A stretch of DNA of 64,000 bases from Thermoanaerobaculia bacterium. Lineage in GTDB: Bacteria > Acidobacteriota > Thermoanaerobaculia > Multivoradales > UBA5704. The notes under the pieces are model-generated. The model was not told the DNA's origin. It saw only the letters and a list, made by a program, of their open reading frames with translations, and searched no databases. Location of the stretch: NCBI GenBank assembly GCA_035995205.1, contig DASYKS010000041.1:173671-237670 (forward strand), in the 5' to 3' direction. Numbering within the stretch: position 1 is the first letter of the stretch; every line of letters begins with the position of its first letter. The position numbers were made by a program, and so were the translations under genes. Shown in pieces: positions 1-9,317 of this stretch.

Positions 1-917
1 ACCGCCCAGTAAGTGCCCAGGAAGGCGCCGGCCCCGGCGTGGAAGAAGTCGTGCGCCCAGCCTCCGAGGCCGGTCAGTGAGAAGCCCGCGCGTGCCGTCT
101 GGCAGCCGTTCAGAAAGATCAGCGGCCGCTGCCCAAATAGTTTAGCCCGCTCGTAAATGTCGTCCGGCCGCAGCTCGTCGTTCTGTTCGAGCCCCAGCCA
201 GGCGCGTTGAGGATCGTTCGCCGGGGTCGAGGCGTGCCCCGTGAAGTGCCAGCCGTCGTAGCCGCCTTGGGCGAGCGCCTCCACCACGGGGTCAGTCCGG
301 GCGGCAATCTCGTCGACGCGACGCCCGTCGACCTGCTGAGTGAGGAGGAACCGGCGCTCGGGCTCGGCGTGGGGAAGGTTCGAATCGTGGGGGACCACCA
401 GCGCCATGCGCCGCAGCGGCAGACGCGGAGCGTCCGGCACCTTGCGCAGCCAGCGGGTGAGGGCGAAGGCCTCGCCGAAGAATCGGCCGGGTTCGCCGTC
501 CCGCTCGCGGAACTTCAACAACTCCCAGGGAATCCACGGCTCGTCGGACAGGATCTGGACCGTCCGGACCGTTCCGCGCAGCTGCTCGAACCGTCGCTGC
601 AGCGGCTCCGGCAATAGCTCTTCGAACAGCCGCGCCCCCTTGCCGGCCAGCCGGCGCGCGAGCTCGGCCGGGGTTTGGGCGTCCCGCGACAGGTTCCGGA
701 TGTCTTCGAATAAAGAATGGAAGAACGCCCCCGGCTCCTTGTCCAAGACGACGGGGCCGAACTCTTCGAGGTTCCCTTCCGGCGGCGCGACGCGGAAGAC
801 CAGCGTGTAGGTGAACTGGTGCCGACCGTCGCGCAGCTCGTAGCGCACGCGGAAGATCAGGTCCGGCAGGGTAGATCGAGGCGCAGCAGGGCCGAGGGCC
901 GGATCGGGTTCGATCAT
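1..917 (-). CDS. CHAT domain (caspase-like HetF-associated) protease, partial. The N-terminus is at 917 and the C-terminus runs off the window start.
   Basis: Reverse-strand translation from the ATG at 917 is open to position 1. It is absent from the ORF track because there is no stop in the window. It contains a CHAT-like His/Cys dyad context (…GWHFTGHAS… and …RPLIFLNGCQTARAG…) and …PWIPWELLKF… at the domain start. Confidence 0.7.
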   Translation of the reverse strand, partial: MIEPDPALGPAAPRSTLPDLIFRVRYELRDGRHQFTYTLVFRVAPPEGNLEEFGPVVLDKEPGAFFHSLFEDIRNLSRDAQTPAELARRLAGKGARLFEELLPEPLQRRFEQLRGTVRTVQILSDEPWIPWELLKFRERDGEPGRFFGEAFALTRWLRKVPDAPRLPLRRMALVVPHDSNLPHAEPERRFLLTQQVDGRRVDEIAARTDPVVEALAQGGYDGWHFTGHASTPANDPQRAWLGLEQNDELRPDDIYERAKLFGQRPLIFLNGCQTARAGFSLTGLGGWAHDFFHAGAGAFLGTYWA

Positions 918-1002
918 AAGGCACGCTCCGCTTCTAAGGGATCGGCTGACTTTAGCAGACCCTGCGCTACGCGCTTTCAGTCTCCCTCGGGCCGCCCTCG
1001 CC

Positions 1003-1413
1003 TCAATACCCCAATCCGGGATCCGGTACCTTCAATCCCAAGTGCCGCTCGCATACTTCGTACGCCGGGTCGGCGTGCAACAGCGCCACGTTCTTCAGGA
1101 TGCAGAAGCTCGCGATCAGCCGCTGGTAGGGAGGCGGAACCGGCGCGCCGCGCGCTTTCAAGATCCGGCCGTTGGTGGCGCTCGCCAGGGCGATTTCGAC
1201 GCCTCCGATCGTGAGGGTGGGGAACTTCGCGAGGGCCGCCCTCGCCGATTCGAGCTCGCCGGGATCCTCGAAGCCGCGCAGGACTTCCGCGAGCACCAAG
1301 TCGGCGGTGACGATCGGGGAACGGCCGAGCAACTCGTCGAGGTAGTCGGCGCGCGGCGTGCGCCGGCCGGAGAAGTATTCGATCCAGACCGTGGCATCCA
1401 CCAGGATCTGCAT
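1003..1413 (-). CDS. vapC: Type II toxin VapC (PIN domain ribonuclease)
   Basis: MQILVDATVWIEYF… is a PIN N-terminal signature. The start is trimmed to the internal Met. Its ATG overlaps the stop of the upstream antitoxin ORF (TGATG). Confidence 0.8.
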   Translation of the reverse strand: MQILVDATVWIEYFSGRRTPRADYLDELLGRSPIVTADLVLAEVLRGFEDPGELESARAALAKFPTLTIGGVEIALASATNGRILKARGAPVPPPYQRLIASFCILKNVALLHADPAYEVCERHLGLKVPDPGLGY

Positions 1414-1604
1414 CAGCTTCTCCCCTTCGCGGTCTCGCCTCCCTCCCAACGAAGGCGCCCGCGCAAATCCCGCACCTCCCGCTGGTCGTGCAGCGCTACG
1501 AGCGCCATGAGCGCGGCATGCACCACCTCTTTTTTCGTGCGCAATCCGGTCAATTTCATGGCCTGCGCCGTTAGCGTCGCGTCGATGTCGATGTTGGTCA
1601 GCAT
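1413..1604 (-). CDS. vapB: VapB-type antitoxin
   Basis: A small ORF (MLTNIDIDATLTAQAMKLTGLRTKKEVVHAALMAL…) sits immediately upstream of the PIN toxin and is translationally coupled to it. The start is trimmed to the internal Met. Confidence 0.65.
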   Translation of the reverse strand: MLTNIDIDATLTAQAMKLTGLRTKKEVVHAALMALVALHDQREVRDLRGRLRWEGGETAKGRS

Positions 1605-1639
1605 GGGACCTCCCGTTCGAGAATTATTGTACAGCGACA

Positions 1640-2134
1640 TCGCTTATCCATACAAGAAAAGTGGTTCGGAGCCGGATTCTTGTCCTCCAGTATACAGAAC
1701 CTGTCATACTATGTGCGTCAAATCCTGTCCGATGTATAGCGGAAGCCATTCCCTGTATATTTTTTGCCGTCCGGCATATAGCCGAAGGTGAGGGCTGTAC
1801 AGAGTAGAAGCTTCCGACCGGCGTCGAAGACGCTCGGCTATACAAGGTGCGTCAAAACCTGTGCGCCGGAGGGTGTCCGTCGGCCGTCGGAGCAGATTTC
1901 ATATATATGGAGATCTGTCCCATATATGTCAGATGGTCTCCGACATATAGCGGGCGGCCTCCCATATATAAGAAAACGGCTGGTCGCAGGCTGGGAATCG
2001 TTCCGGACGCCCCCGAACGGCTTGGATCGATGCGTCGTCGTCAATCTCTTTCGAAGTGCTAACCTTCGCTTGACGGGATCGTCGGCCGCGGCCGTCACCC
2101 GGCGCTCAACTCGGCAACCAAGGAGAGTCCATAC
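1640..2134. promoter_or_regulatory. AT-rich intergenic island with repeated motifs upstream of the peroxiredoxin gene
   Basis: GC is markedly lower than the flanks. A direct repeat gtgcgtcaaaWcctgtScg occurs at about 1703 and 1846. The motif CCGryATATAGCsG occurs three times (about 1726, 1769, 1950), alongside several CATATAT/ATATATG palindromes. A Shine-Dalgarno sequence (aaggagag) precedes the ATG at 2135. Confidence 0.35.
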
Positions 2135-2719
2135 ATGAAACACTTTGGCTTGGCAGCTCTGGTCGCGTTCACCGTGGTCGCATCCCCCTGCTTTGCGGCG
2201 CTTGCACCGGGAGTCGCGGCGCCGGTCTTTTCGGCGCCGGCCTCGCTCGCCGGCAAGGAGATGACCTTCTCCCTCGCCGAGTCCCTGAAGAAAGGACCGG
2301 TGGTCGTCTACTTCTACCCCTCGGCCTACACCGGGGGGTGCAACACCCAGGCGCATACGTTCGCCGAGGAGATCGACAAGTTCTCGGCCGCCGGAGCGAC
2401 CGTAGTGGGCGTCTCGCTAGACAGCATCGACCGGCTGAACAAATTCTCAGCCGACCCTAGCTACTGCGCAGGCAAGCTGCCGGTGGCCTCCGACGCCGAC
2501 GGCAAGATCGCGCGAAGCTACGACTTGACCGTGAGCGACGCGCAGCCGGGCGCCAAAGACTCACGGGGCGAGGAGATCGGTCACGGCTTCGCGCAGCGGA
2601 CGACGTTCGTCATCACCTCGGACGGCAAGATCGCAGCGACCATCGGTGGCGTCAGCCCGAAGGAAAACGTCGATCAAACGCTCGTAGCGGTCCAGGGGCT
2701 GAAGAAGTCTCACAGCTGA
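2135..2719 (+). CDS. Secreted peroxiredoxin / thiol-specific antioxidant (AhpC/TSA/Bcp family, thioredoxin fold)
   Basis: It has an N-terminal signal peptide and the motif VVVYFYPSAYTGGCNTQ (peroxidatic Cys context). Confidence 0.85.
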   Translation: MKHFGLAALVAFTVVASPCFAALAPGVAAPVFSAPASLAGKEMTFSLAESLKKGPVVVYFYPSAYTGGCNTQAHTFAEEIDKFSAAGATVVGVSLDSIDRLNKFSADPSYCAGKLPVASDADGKIARSYDLTVSDAQPGAKDSRGEEIGHGFAQRTTFVITSDGKIAATIGGVSPKENVDQTLVAVQGLKKSHS

Positions 2720-2811
2720 TCCGCCGGGCGGGCGTGCGCCCGAGAAGGGCTCGCGCTGAAACAAGAACTCCGTTGAAGATCTCGTCAGAGGATCAGGAGA
2801 GAGGAGGAACC

Positions 2812-3165
2812 ATGCCCATCAAAAACGCGTTGGCCAGCCTCGCCGTGAAAGATGTGGATGCAGCGGCTAAGTGGTACGAAAAGGTTCTCGGCACGACGTC
2901 GTCGAGGCCGATGCCCGAGGTGGCGGAATGGACTTTCGAGCGCGGCGGGGGCCTACAGGTCTACCAACTCCCGGAGCGCGCGGGGTCCGGCTCCTGCACT
3001 CTTGTGGTGACCGACATCGAGAAACTGGCGGCCCACCTGGAGACCTTGAGCATCGACACCTCGGAACGAACGTCGGGCGAACGGGTGAACACCCTCATGA
3101 TCACCGACCCGGACGGGAATCACATCGCCTTTGCGGAGCCGAAGGACTCGGGGTTGGCGCAGTAG
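2812..3165 (+). CDS. Glyoxalase/bleomycin-resistance/VOC family protein
   Basis: MPIKNALASLAVKDVDAAAKWYEKVLG… and …MITDPDGNHIAF. A strong Shine-Dalgarno sequence (aggagagaggagg) precedes the ATG at 2812. The upstream part of the ORF-track frame is trimmed. Confidence 0.8.
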   Translation: MPIKNALASLAVKDVDAAAKWYEKVLGTTSSRPMPEVAEWTFERGGGLQVYQLPERAGSGSCTLVVTDIEKLAAHLETLSIDTSERTSGERVNTLMITDPDGNHIAFAEPKDSGLAQ

Positions 3166-3207
3166 GGGATTGCCCAAGCGCGGCCAGCGTAAGCCGGATA
3201 TCAGCCC

Positions 3208-3615
3208 ATGAAGCAACCGACCCTCTCCTCCAGCCCCGATGTGATGGGAGGAACCCACGTCTTCTCGGGTACACGGGTGCCGGTCCAGACGCTTCTCGAT
3301 TATCTCGCGGCCGGTGAGACCATCGACGATTTCCTCGAAGGCTTCCCGATGGTTGATCGCGAGCAGGTGATCGCATTTCTGGAAGAGGTGAAAGACCCGA
3401 AAGGCGAAGCGGGGATCGCGGCCTGGACACCCGAGCAGCTGAACGAAGCTCTGGCAGTCGCCCCGATGACCGGGACGGAAATCGTGAACGCCGGTCTCAC
3501 CGGTGGTTGGTCGGATGTGGAGATCTCCGACGGCGTGGAATGGGTTCGGGAGAAGCGTCGGCAACGTAGCGAAGAGCGGCGACTGGGGAGAACGGCCTCC
3601 CAGACGTCCTTTTGA
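3208..3615 (+). CDS. DUF433 domain protein with a C-terminal extension
   Basis: GGTHVFSGTRVPVQTLLDYLAAGETIDDFLEGFP matches the DUF433 core. Confidence 0.7.
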   Translation: MKQPTLSSSPDVMGGTHVFSGTRVPVQTLLDYLAAGETIDDFLEGFPMVDREQVIAFLEEVKDPKGEAGIAAWTPEQLNEALAVAPMTGTEIVNAGLTGGWSDVEISDGVEWVREKRRQRSEERRLGRTASQTSF

Positions 3616-3754
3616 TCGCGACCTCCTCCGAAAACTTTCCCTCGAAGTCATCCCGAGCGGGAGCGAGGAATCCGGGGGCGGGTGGCCTTGAATCCCGTTG
3701 CGGTTTAGGGAGTTTCTTTTGTTGTTGGAAGCCTGGGTAGCGAAGGACGAGAAA

Positions 3755-5329
3755 ATGCCCTGGTTGAGCGAACTTGCGACCGAGATCGCGCGGCTCGGGA
3801 TCGCCGGGGAATGCGCACCAGTTCTCGTCGCGAGTGCTGCGGCGGCTGTGCTGACTCTGGCAAAGCGCTCGGCCTATCTTTTGGCTGCCACGCTCGGTAA
3901 ACAGGCGGTGGAAATCCTCGAAGTAAAGGGTGTGGTGGTACCGATTCACCTCCTCCAAATTGCGGGAGAGCAAGCCCATCTGATTGGTGGCGTCGAAACC
4001 GCTCGCTCCTGCTTCGCGAAGGCACTCGATGCGCTTGACGAGAATCAAGAGAGAGACGATCCAGAAGGTGCGGCCGCGATCCGCGCGGCGCAGGCAAGAT
4101 TGCTTTGGCAGAGTGGATCGCTCGATGAAGCGATTGTTCAGCTTGAGTATGCGGCACAGCTCTTGTCTGCCCTCAACTTTCCCCGGACCCTCGCGGTTGT
4201 GCGAGGCAACCTCGCTCAAATCCTTATCACCAAGGGCCGGGCTAACGAAGCGCTGCAACTTCTTCGAGAGGGGCTCAAAGTCCATGAGCTCCTTGGTGAC
4301 ACTCGGTCCAGAGCCGACACTCTCAGTATCTTTGCTCGAATTCTCTTCCATAGTGGGAAGGTGGAAGAATCATTGCAACTTCACCGAGAGGGACTCTTTT
4401 TCTATGAACTTGTCGGAGACCCTCGATCCAGAGCCATCACTATGGGCGATATCGCTCGAATCTTGAGAGCCCAGGGACAAGTCGACGAAGCGCTCAGACT
4501 CTTCGGAGAAAGGCTCGAAATCTTCCTTGACCTTGGGGATAGAAAATCCCAAGGCGTCACACTCGGTGATATTGCTCACATCCTTGAGCTTAAGGGCTCT
4601 ATCGACGAAGCGCTCAAGCTCTATGAGGAAAGGCTTGAAATCTTCCTCAACCTCGGTGATCTCCGATTTAGAGCAATCACGCTTGGTGATATCGCTCGCA
4701 TCCTCGTGTCCAAAGGTCGGATTGACGAAGCCCTCCAGCTTCATCAGGAGACGCTTGAAGTTTTTACAAGGCTTGGTGATCCTAGGGAACGAGCCGTGAC
4801 GCTTGGGTACATTGCTCGCATTCTTCTCTCTAAAGGCCAGATCGACGCAGCCCTCCGACTCCATAGAGAGAGGCTCGAAATACTTACGGTCCTCGGCGAT
4901 GCCAGAGAGCGGGCCGTGGCAGTTGGCGACATCGCCCGTATTCTCGGCTCCGAAGGGCATCTCGACGAAGCCCTCAAGATGCTCAGTGAGAGGCTTGAAA
5001 TGGCGAGAGCGCTAGCAGATCTAGATTCCATTGCCAATACCCTTTGGTACATCGCAGAGATTGAGGTCCGACAAAAAAAGTGGCAGGCTGCAATTGATAA
5101 CCTCTCCGAGGCTTATCGCCTCAATCTCCAGATCCAACGTCTGGAAGGCATCTGCGTCGTTGGCCGCGACCTGGGTCAGCTTCTTTGTTCGTCAGGACTG
5201 GTACTCGAAGGGCTTTCGGTTCTGGAACGCAGCCGCGCGGGTTTCGTGCAACTTGGGTGGAACGATCAAGCGAGGCATGTGGAGGAGTTAATGGAGCAGT
5301 TCCGCACAACCCCCCTCTCTCCCCCTTGA
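3755..5329 (+). CDS. TPR-like repeat protein with about 8 tandem 40-aa repeats
   Basis: The repeat LGDxRxRAxTLGDIARILxSKGxIDEALxLxxERLEIFxx is iterated about 8 times (120-bp DNA period, about 4300-5000). Codon usage is AT-richer than neighbouring genes. The start is set at the Met with an AAGGA spacer; the frame opens at the TTG at 3698. Confidence 0.7.
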   Translation: MPWLSELATEIARLGIAGECAPVLVASAAAAVLTLAKRSAYLLAATLGKQAVEILEVKGVVVPIHLLQIAGEQAHLIGGVETARSCFAKALDALDENQERDDPEGAAAIRAAQARLLWQSGSLDEAIVQLEYAAQLLSALNFPRTLAVVRGNLAQILITKGRANEALQLLREGLKVHELLGDTRSRADTLSIFARILFHSGKVEESLQLHREGLFFYELVGDPRSRAITMGDIARILRAQGQVDEALRLFGERLEIFLDLGDRKSQGVTLGDIAHILELKGSIDEALKLYEERLEIFLNLGDLRFRAITLGDIARILVSKGRIDEALQLHQETLEVFTRLGDPRERAVTLGYIARILLSKGQIDAALRLHRERLEILTVLGDARERAVAVGDIARILGSEGHLDEALKMLSERLEMARALADLDSIANTLWYIAEIEVRQKKWQAAIDNLSEAYRLNLQIQRLEGICVVGRDLGQLLCSSGLVLEGLSVLERSRAGFVQLGWNDQARHVEELMEQFRTTPLSPP

Positions 5330-5357
5330 GCGCAACACTCCCGATGGCGGGGCTCAT

Positions 5358-5858
5358 TCAGAAGCTATGCACGTCGCTAAAGGGGTCGTACACGGGGACG
5401 CCAAAGCCGCGAAAGTGAGCAAGGTTCCGCGTTGCGACGCCCAGATCCTGCGCCTTGGCTGTGGCGAGAATGTATAGGTCTCTCTGTTCGATGGTTCGCC
5501 CGCGGCGGCGGGTTTCCGATTCGAGCTTGGCGCAGCCGAGAGCCGCGTCGCGATCGAACGACAGCACTTGGCAGTTGGACGATAGGAGCTCAGAAAGCCA
5601 GTTTTCGAGAAATACGCGCCTCTTGCCCTCCGGGAGTCGCCAGATCCCCGATGCCAGCTCGTAGACCCCGATCGAAGGAAGCAGAAGCACAGGGAGGCGA
5701 GCGAGCCAGCGGGTTACGTCCTCATCGGGTTTCGGTCGGGTCGTCTCGGAGATGACGTTGGTGTCGAGCAGATAGCCGATCACTCCCCTATCACCCTCGG
5801 CTCGCTTTCTTTCGTCCGAAGGGCTGAGCCGGTTCAAAAGAAAATCGCCCGGGCTCAA
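5358..5858 (-). CDS. vapC: PIN domain toxin (VapC family)
   Basis: …VIGYLLDTNVISE… is a PIN signature. The true start is probably internal (GTG/ATG near 5790), since the ORF overlaps the upstream antitoxin by 67 nt. Confidence 0.75.
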   Translation of the reverse strand: MSPGDFLLNRLSPSDERKRAEGDRGVIGYLLDTNVISETTRPKPDEDVTRWLARLPVLLLPSIGVYELASGIWRLPEGKRRVFLENWLSELLSSNCQVLSFDRDAALGCAKLESETRRRGRTIEQRDLYILATAKAQDLGVATRNLAHFRGFGVPVYDPFSDVHSF

Positions 5859-6120
5859 AGTCGTCGACGCCTCCGCCGAGTCGCTTCTTCAAGGCTTCGA
5901 CCCGCTCTAGAAAGGCGGCGCCGCCGGAACTCTCTGCCTTGCCGGCCGTCAGACGTTCGTAATCTTCGATCGCCAGAACGACCGCGAGATCCTTCCCCCG
6001 GTTGTGGATGATGGTAGGACCCGCCGCCGCGTCTCGGAGAACCTCCGACAACTTACTCTTGGCTTCGGCGACCCCCAGTCGGCGACTCTGCGGAACGGGC
6101 TTCCAGGTATCCTTGATCAT
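5791..6120 (-). CDS. Phd/YefM-family antitoxin
   Basis: …VAEAKSKLSEVLRDAAAGPTIIHNRGKDLAVVLAIEDYERL… is the typical Phd/YefM fold signature. It lies directly upstream of the PIN toxin. Confidence 0.7.
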   Translation of the reverse strand: MIKDTWKPVPQSRRLGVAEAKSKLSEVLRDAAAGPTIIHNRGKDLAVVLAIEDYERLTAGKAESSGGAAFLERVEALKKRLGGGVDDFEPGRFSFEPAQPFGRKKASRG

Positions 6121-6167
6121 GACCAGCCTAGGTTACTCGATGGTCATCTCGGTTGCAAACGTCGCCC

Positions 6168-8816
6168 TTACTCCCCCTTAAGCGCCAACACCGGACTGAT
6201 CCGCGTAGCGCGCCGCGCGGGAAGCCAAGCCGCGAGTGCCCCAAGCGTTCCCAATATCAACGCCGTCGCTGCGTAGGTCGCCGGGGCGTGGGGATCGATG
6301 CCGTAAAGAAGGCTCTTTAGCCCAGTTCCGAGCAAAGCGGCGAGGAGAACTCCAAGGACGACTCCTGCGAGCGACAGCGTGAGACCTCGGGCTAGAACTT
6401 GCTTGAGAATTCGGCCCGGGGAGGCTCCGAGGGCGGCTCGGACCGCCAGCTCCGGGGTGCGGCGGGTGACGTTGTAGGCCACCAGGCCCGCGATTCCGAT
6501 GGCGGCGAGCAGGAGGGCGAGCCCGGCGAAGAGGGAGACGACCCAGGTTTGCAGGCGCGGTTGGGAGACGCTTCCCGCGATCACGGTCGAGAGGGTTCGG
6601 ACATCGAACAGGGCGAGATCCGGCGCGAGCTGAGAGAGGGTGCGGCGGATGTCGGGGGTGAGCGCCGCCGGATCGCCCGCCGTGCGGACCGTGAGCGACA
6701 TCGTCGGCCAGAGGTACCAGGAGGTCGAGAAGTACATCGTGGGCGTCATGTCTTCGCCGAGGCCGATTTGTCGGATGTCGCCCGCGACGCCCACGACGGT
6801 GAACTCCTTGCCGTTGGCCAGGTAAACCCTCCTGCCGATCGGATCGGCGCCGCGCGGAAAGAGGCGCCGGACGAGCCCTTCGGAGAGCACGAGCGACTGG
6901 CCCGGCTCGTCGTGCTCCGCGAACCATCGCCCGCGGAGAAGCGGCACACCGAGGGTCGGCAGATACCCCGCGGTCACGATCCGCCAGGAGGCCTGGGTGC
7001 CTTCGCGGTTCGCTCCACCTTCGATGCTGGTACCCGGCGGTGGGGCGACCGCGGAGATCCCCATGCTCGTATCGCCTTCTCCCAAAGGGATCTCGCTGGT
7101 GAGCCCCGCGGAGGTCACGCCGGGCAGCGCGCGCACTCTCTCCATCAGCGCGCCGTAGAACGCGAGGTTCTTCTCCATCGTCTGGTCGTCCTCGGCCTCC
7201 GGCAGGGTCAGGCGGGCGGTCAGCAGGTGATCCGGCCGGAAACCGAGCGGCACGTTCTGCAACCGGCCGAAGCTCTGCGCCAGCAGCACCGCGCCGATCG
7301 AAAGGGCGGTCGCGAGCGCAAGCTGCGCCACCACGAGCCCTTCGCGGAGCGGCGCCCGGCGCCCTTCGACCGCGGAACGCCCGCCCTGGGCGAGGGCGGT
7401 ACGGACATCCGTCCGTCCGGCGAGCGCGGAGGGGAGAACCCCGAACAGAAACGCGGTCGCGGCGGTGAGCAGGAAGGCGACGACCAGCACCGGTCCGTTG
7501 AGCGCGATCGAAGAGAGGCGGGGGAGCGTGGCGGGCAGGAGGGCCGAAGCGCCGCGCAAGGCGGCCGCCGCGAGCGCCAGGCCCAATGCGCCGCCGAGCC
7601 CCGCGAGCAGCAGGTTTTCGATCATCAGGTGGCGAATCACACGGGCGGGGCTTGCGCCGAGCGCGCGGCGGATGCCGATCTCGCGGACTCGCGCCGTGGC
7701 CCGGGCGAGCTGGAGATTCGCGACGTTGGCGCAGGCGACCAGCAGCAGGACGCCCACCGCGGCGAGCAGGACCCAAAGCCGGGTGCGCAGCTCTCCGCCG
7801 ACGATCCAGTCGCGGACCGGCTCGACCGTTGCCTGCCAGCCCAGGTTGGTGTTGGGGAAATCGTGTTCGAGCCGCGCGGTGATTCCCTTGAGCTCCGTCC
7901 CCGCCGCGGCGAGGGTCGCGCCGGGAGCGAGCCGGCCGACCAGATAGAGCTGACGGTTGCCCCGGTTCGCCGAGGGCTGCGGCGAAAGCGGCAGCCAGAG
8001 GCCGATGTCGGTCGCAAAACCGACGTCCCCCGGTGCAATGCCCACGACCGTGCGCGGCTCGCCATTGACCCGAATCGACTTGCCGAGGATCGAAGTCTGG
8101 CCGCCGTAGCGGCGGCGCCAGAGCCTCTCGCCGAGGATCGCGACGGCGAGTCCTCCTGGGGTGTCCTCTTCTTGGGTGAACGCGCGGCCGGCCACCATCG
8201 GCGTGCCGAGCAGGTCGAACAGATTGGCCGAAGCGGCGACGCCGGTCACTCGTTCTACCCCCGAGGCCACGCCGTCGCCGGACAGGTTCACGCTCACGTC
8301 GCCCAAACCGGCGAGCGCGGAAAAGCTCTTGGCATTCTCCCGCCAGGAGAGAAAGTCGGGCACCGAGACCGAGAAGCGCGGCAGGTCGTGCGACGGGTTC
8401 GCCGCGGCGAGACGGACCACCCGCTCGGGCTCCACGAACGGCAACGGCGCGAGCAGCACGGCATGGACCAGGCTGAAGATCGTGGTGGCGCCGCCCAACC
8501 CCAGCGCGAGCGTTGCGACCGAGGCGAGAGTGAACGCCCGGTTGCCGGACAGCGCCAACGTGCGGACCGCTTGGGCGAGATCCTGGGCGAAACGGTTGCG
8601 GTGCTCGGAGAGAGCGGTGATCAGGGCGTCGGCCGCGACCGAGAGCCACAGCCACACGGCGGCGACCGGGCGCCGGGTGCGCCGCGCCTCCGCCCAGCGG
8701 GCGCCGAACGCGGCGGTCATCTCGCCGCCGTACTCCTCACGGAAGGAACCGGGATAGAGCCAAAGGAGCGAGGCGTACGCCCGCTCGGCCCAAGACGTTC
8801 TGGCTTCAGCGTCCAT
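6168..8816 (-). CDS. ABC transporter permease, duplicated FtsX/MacB-like (ADOP family, Acidobacterial duplicated orphan permease)
   Basis: An 882-aa protein with two FtsX-type permease halves and large periplasmic domains. It is paired with a PadR regulator, which is the hallmark ADOP arrangement. Confidence 0.85.
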   Translation of the reverse strand: MDAEARTSWAERAYASLLWLYPGSFREEYGGEMTAAFGARWAEARRTRRPVAAVWLWLSVAADALITALSEHRNRFAQDLAQAVRTLALSGNRAFTLASVATLALGLGGATTIFSLVHAVLLAPLPFVEPERVVRLAAANPSHDLPRFSVSVPDFLSWRENAKSFSALAGLGDVSVNLSGDGVASGVERVTGVAASANLFDLLGTPMVAGRAFTQEEDTPGGLAVAILGERLWRRRYGGQTSILGKSIRVNGEPRTVVGIAPGDVGFATDIGLWLPLSPQPSANRGNRQLYLVGRLAPGATLAAAGTELKGITARLEHDFPNTNLGWQATVEPVRDWIVGGELRTRLWVLLAAVGVLLLVACANVANLQLARATARVREIGIRRALGASPARVIRHLMIENLLLAGLGGALGLALAAAALRGASALLPATLPRLSSIALNGPVLVVAFLLTAATAFLFGVLPSALAGRTDVRTALAQGGRSAVEGRRAPLREGLVVAQLALATALSIGAVLLAQSFGRLQNVPLGFRPDHLLTARLTLPEAEDDQTMEKNLAFYGALMERVRALPGVTSAGLTSEIPLGEGDTSMGISAVAPPPGTSIEGGANREGTQASWRIVTAGYLPTLGVPLLRGRWFAEHDEPGQSLVLSEGLVRRLFPRGADPIGRRVYLANGKEFTVVGVAGDIRQIGLGEDMTPTMYFSTSWYLWPTMSLTVRTAGDPAALTPDIRRTLSQLAPDLALFDVRTLSTVIAGSVSQPRLQTWVVSLFAGLALLLAAIGIAGLVAYNVTRRTPELAVRAALGASPGRILKQVLARGLTLSLAGVVLGVLLAALLGTGLKSLLYGIDPHAPATYAATALILGTLGALAAWLPARRATRISPVLALKGE

Positions 8817-8819
8817 GGC

Positions 8820-9185
8820 TCACCGTGCCTCGAACGAAAGGCCGGCGCGCCGGCCGAGGTTCAGCAGGTCGCCCAACCGGGAAAGCTCCAGCTCCGCAAC
8901 CTGGCGGCCGAACGGGGTCAGTCGGTAGTGCCGGCGGCGCTCGTCCGAATTCGCGGCGATGTCTCGGCCGTCCAGCTCGACGATCAGCCCCTGTTCAAGC
9001 AGCCGGTGGAGCGTCGTGTAGAGCGTGCCGGGATTGAGCTTCGTCCGTCCGCCAGTCCGTTCCGCGACCTCCTGCATGACCGCATAACCATGCCGGTCTC
9101 CTTCGGCGAGCGCGATCAGGATGTGGAACGTGGCGGTCGGAAGCGGCAGGAGAGAGGCGGCGGAAGGATCGTCGTGAGCGGCCAT
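8820..9185 (-). CDS. PadR family transcriptional regulator
   Basis: …FHILIALAEGDRHGYAVMQEVAERTGGRTKLNPGTLYTTLHRLLEQGLI… is a winged-helix PadR signature. Confidence 0.85.
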   Translation of the reverse strand: MAAHDDPSAASLLPLPTATFHILIALAEGDRHGYAVMQEVAERTGGRTKLNPGTLYTTLHRLLEQGLIVELDGRDIAANSDERRRHYRLTPFGRQVAELELSRLGDLLNLGRRAGLSFEAR

Positions 9186-9317
9186 GTCGGGCAGTATATT
9201 GGAGGCAGGTATATCTGGTCAAGATATAGTTTGAGGAGGTGGGTCGCTCGGGTGAGGCTCGGGTCCGGTATTGCCGAACAGTACGTCGAGTAGGCTTAGC
9301 GGAAAAGCGGAGACTCC

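Noticed and set aside
371-915. tRNA-like TψC-arm strings (GGTTCGAATC, GGTTCGATC)
   Set aside because: They lie inside the CHAT coding frame with no acceptor or anticodon arm context, so they are chance matches. No tRNA or rRNA signatures were found elsewhere.
6178-9293. Very long ORFs (825 aa minus, 964 aa plus) overlapping the ADOP permease gene
   Set aside because: Arg/Pro/Gly-rich low-complexity translations typical of antisense or off-frame reading of high-GC coding DNA. The co-located 882-aa frame has clear FtsX permease features.
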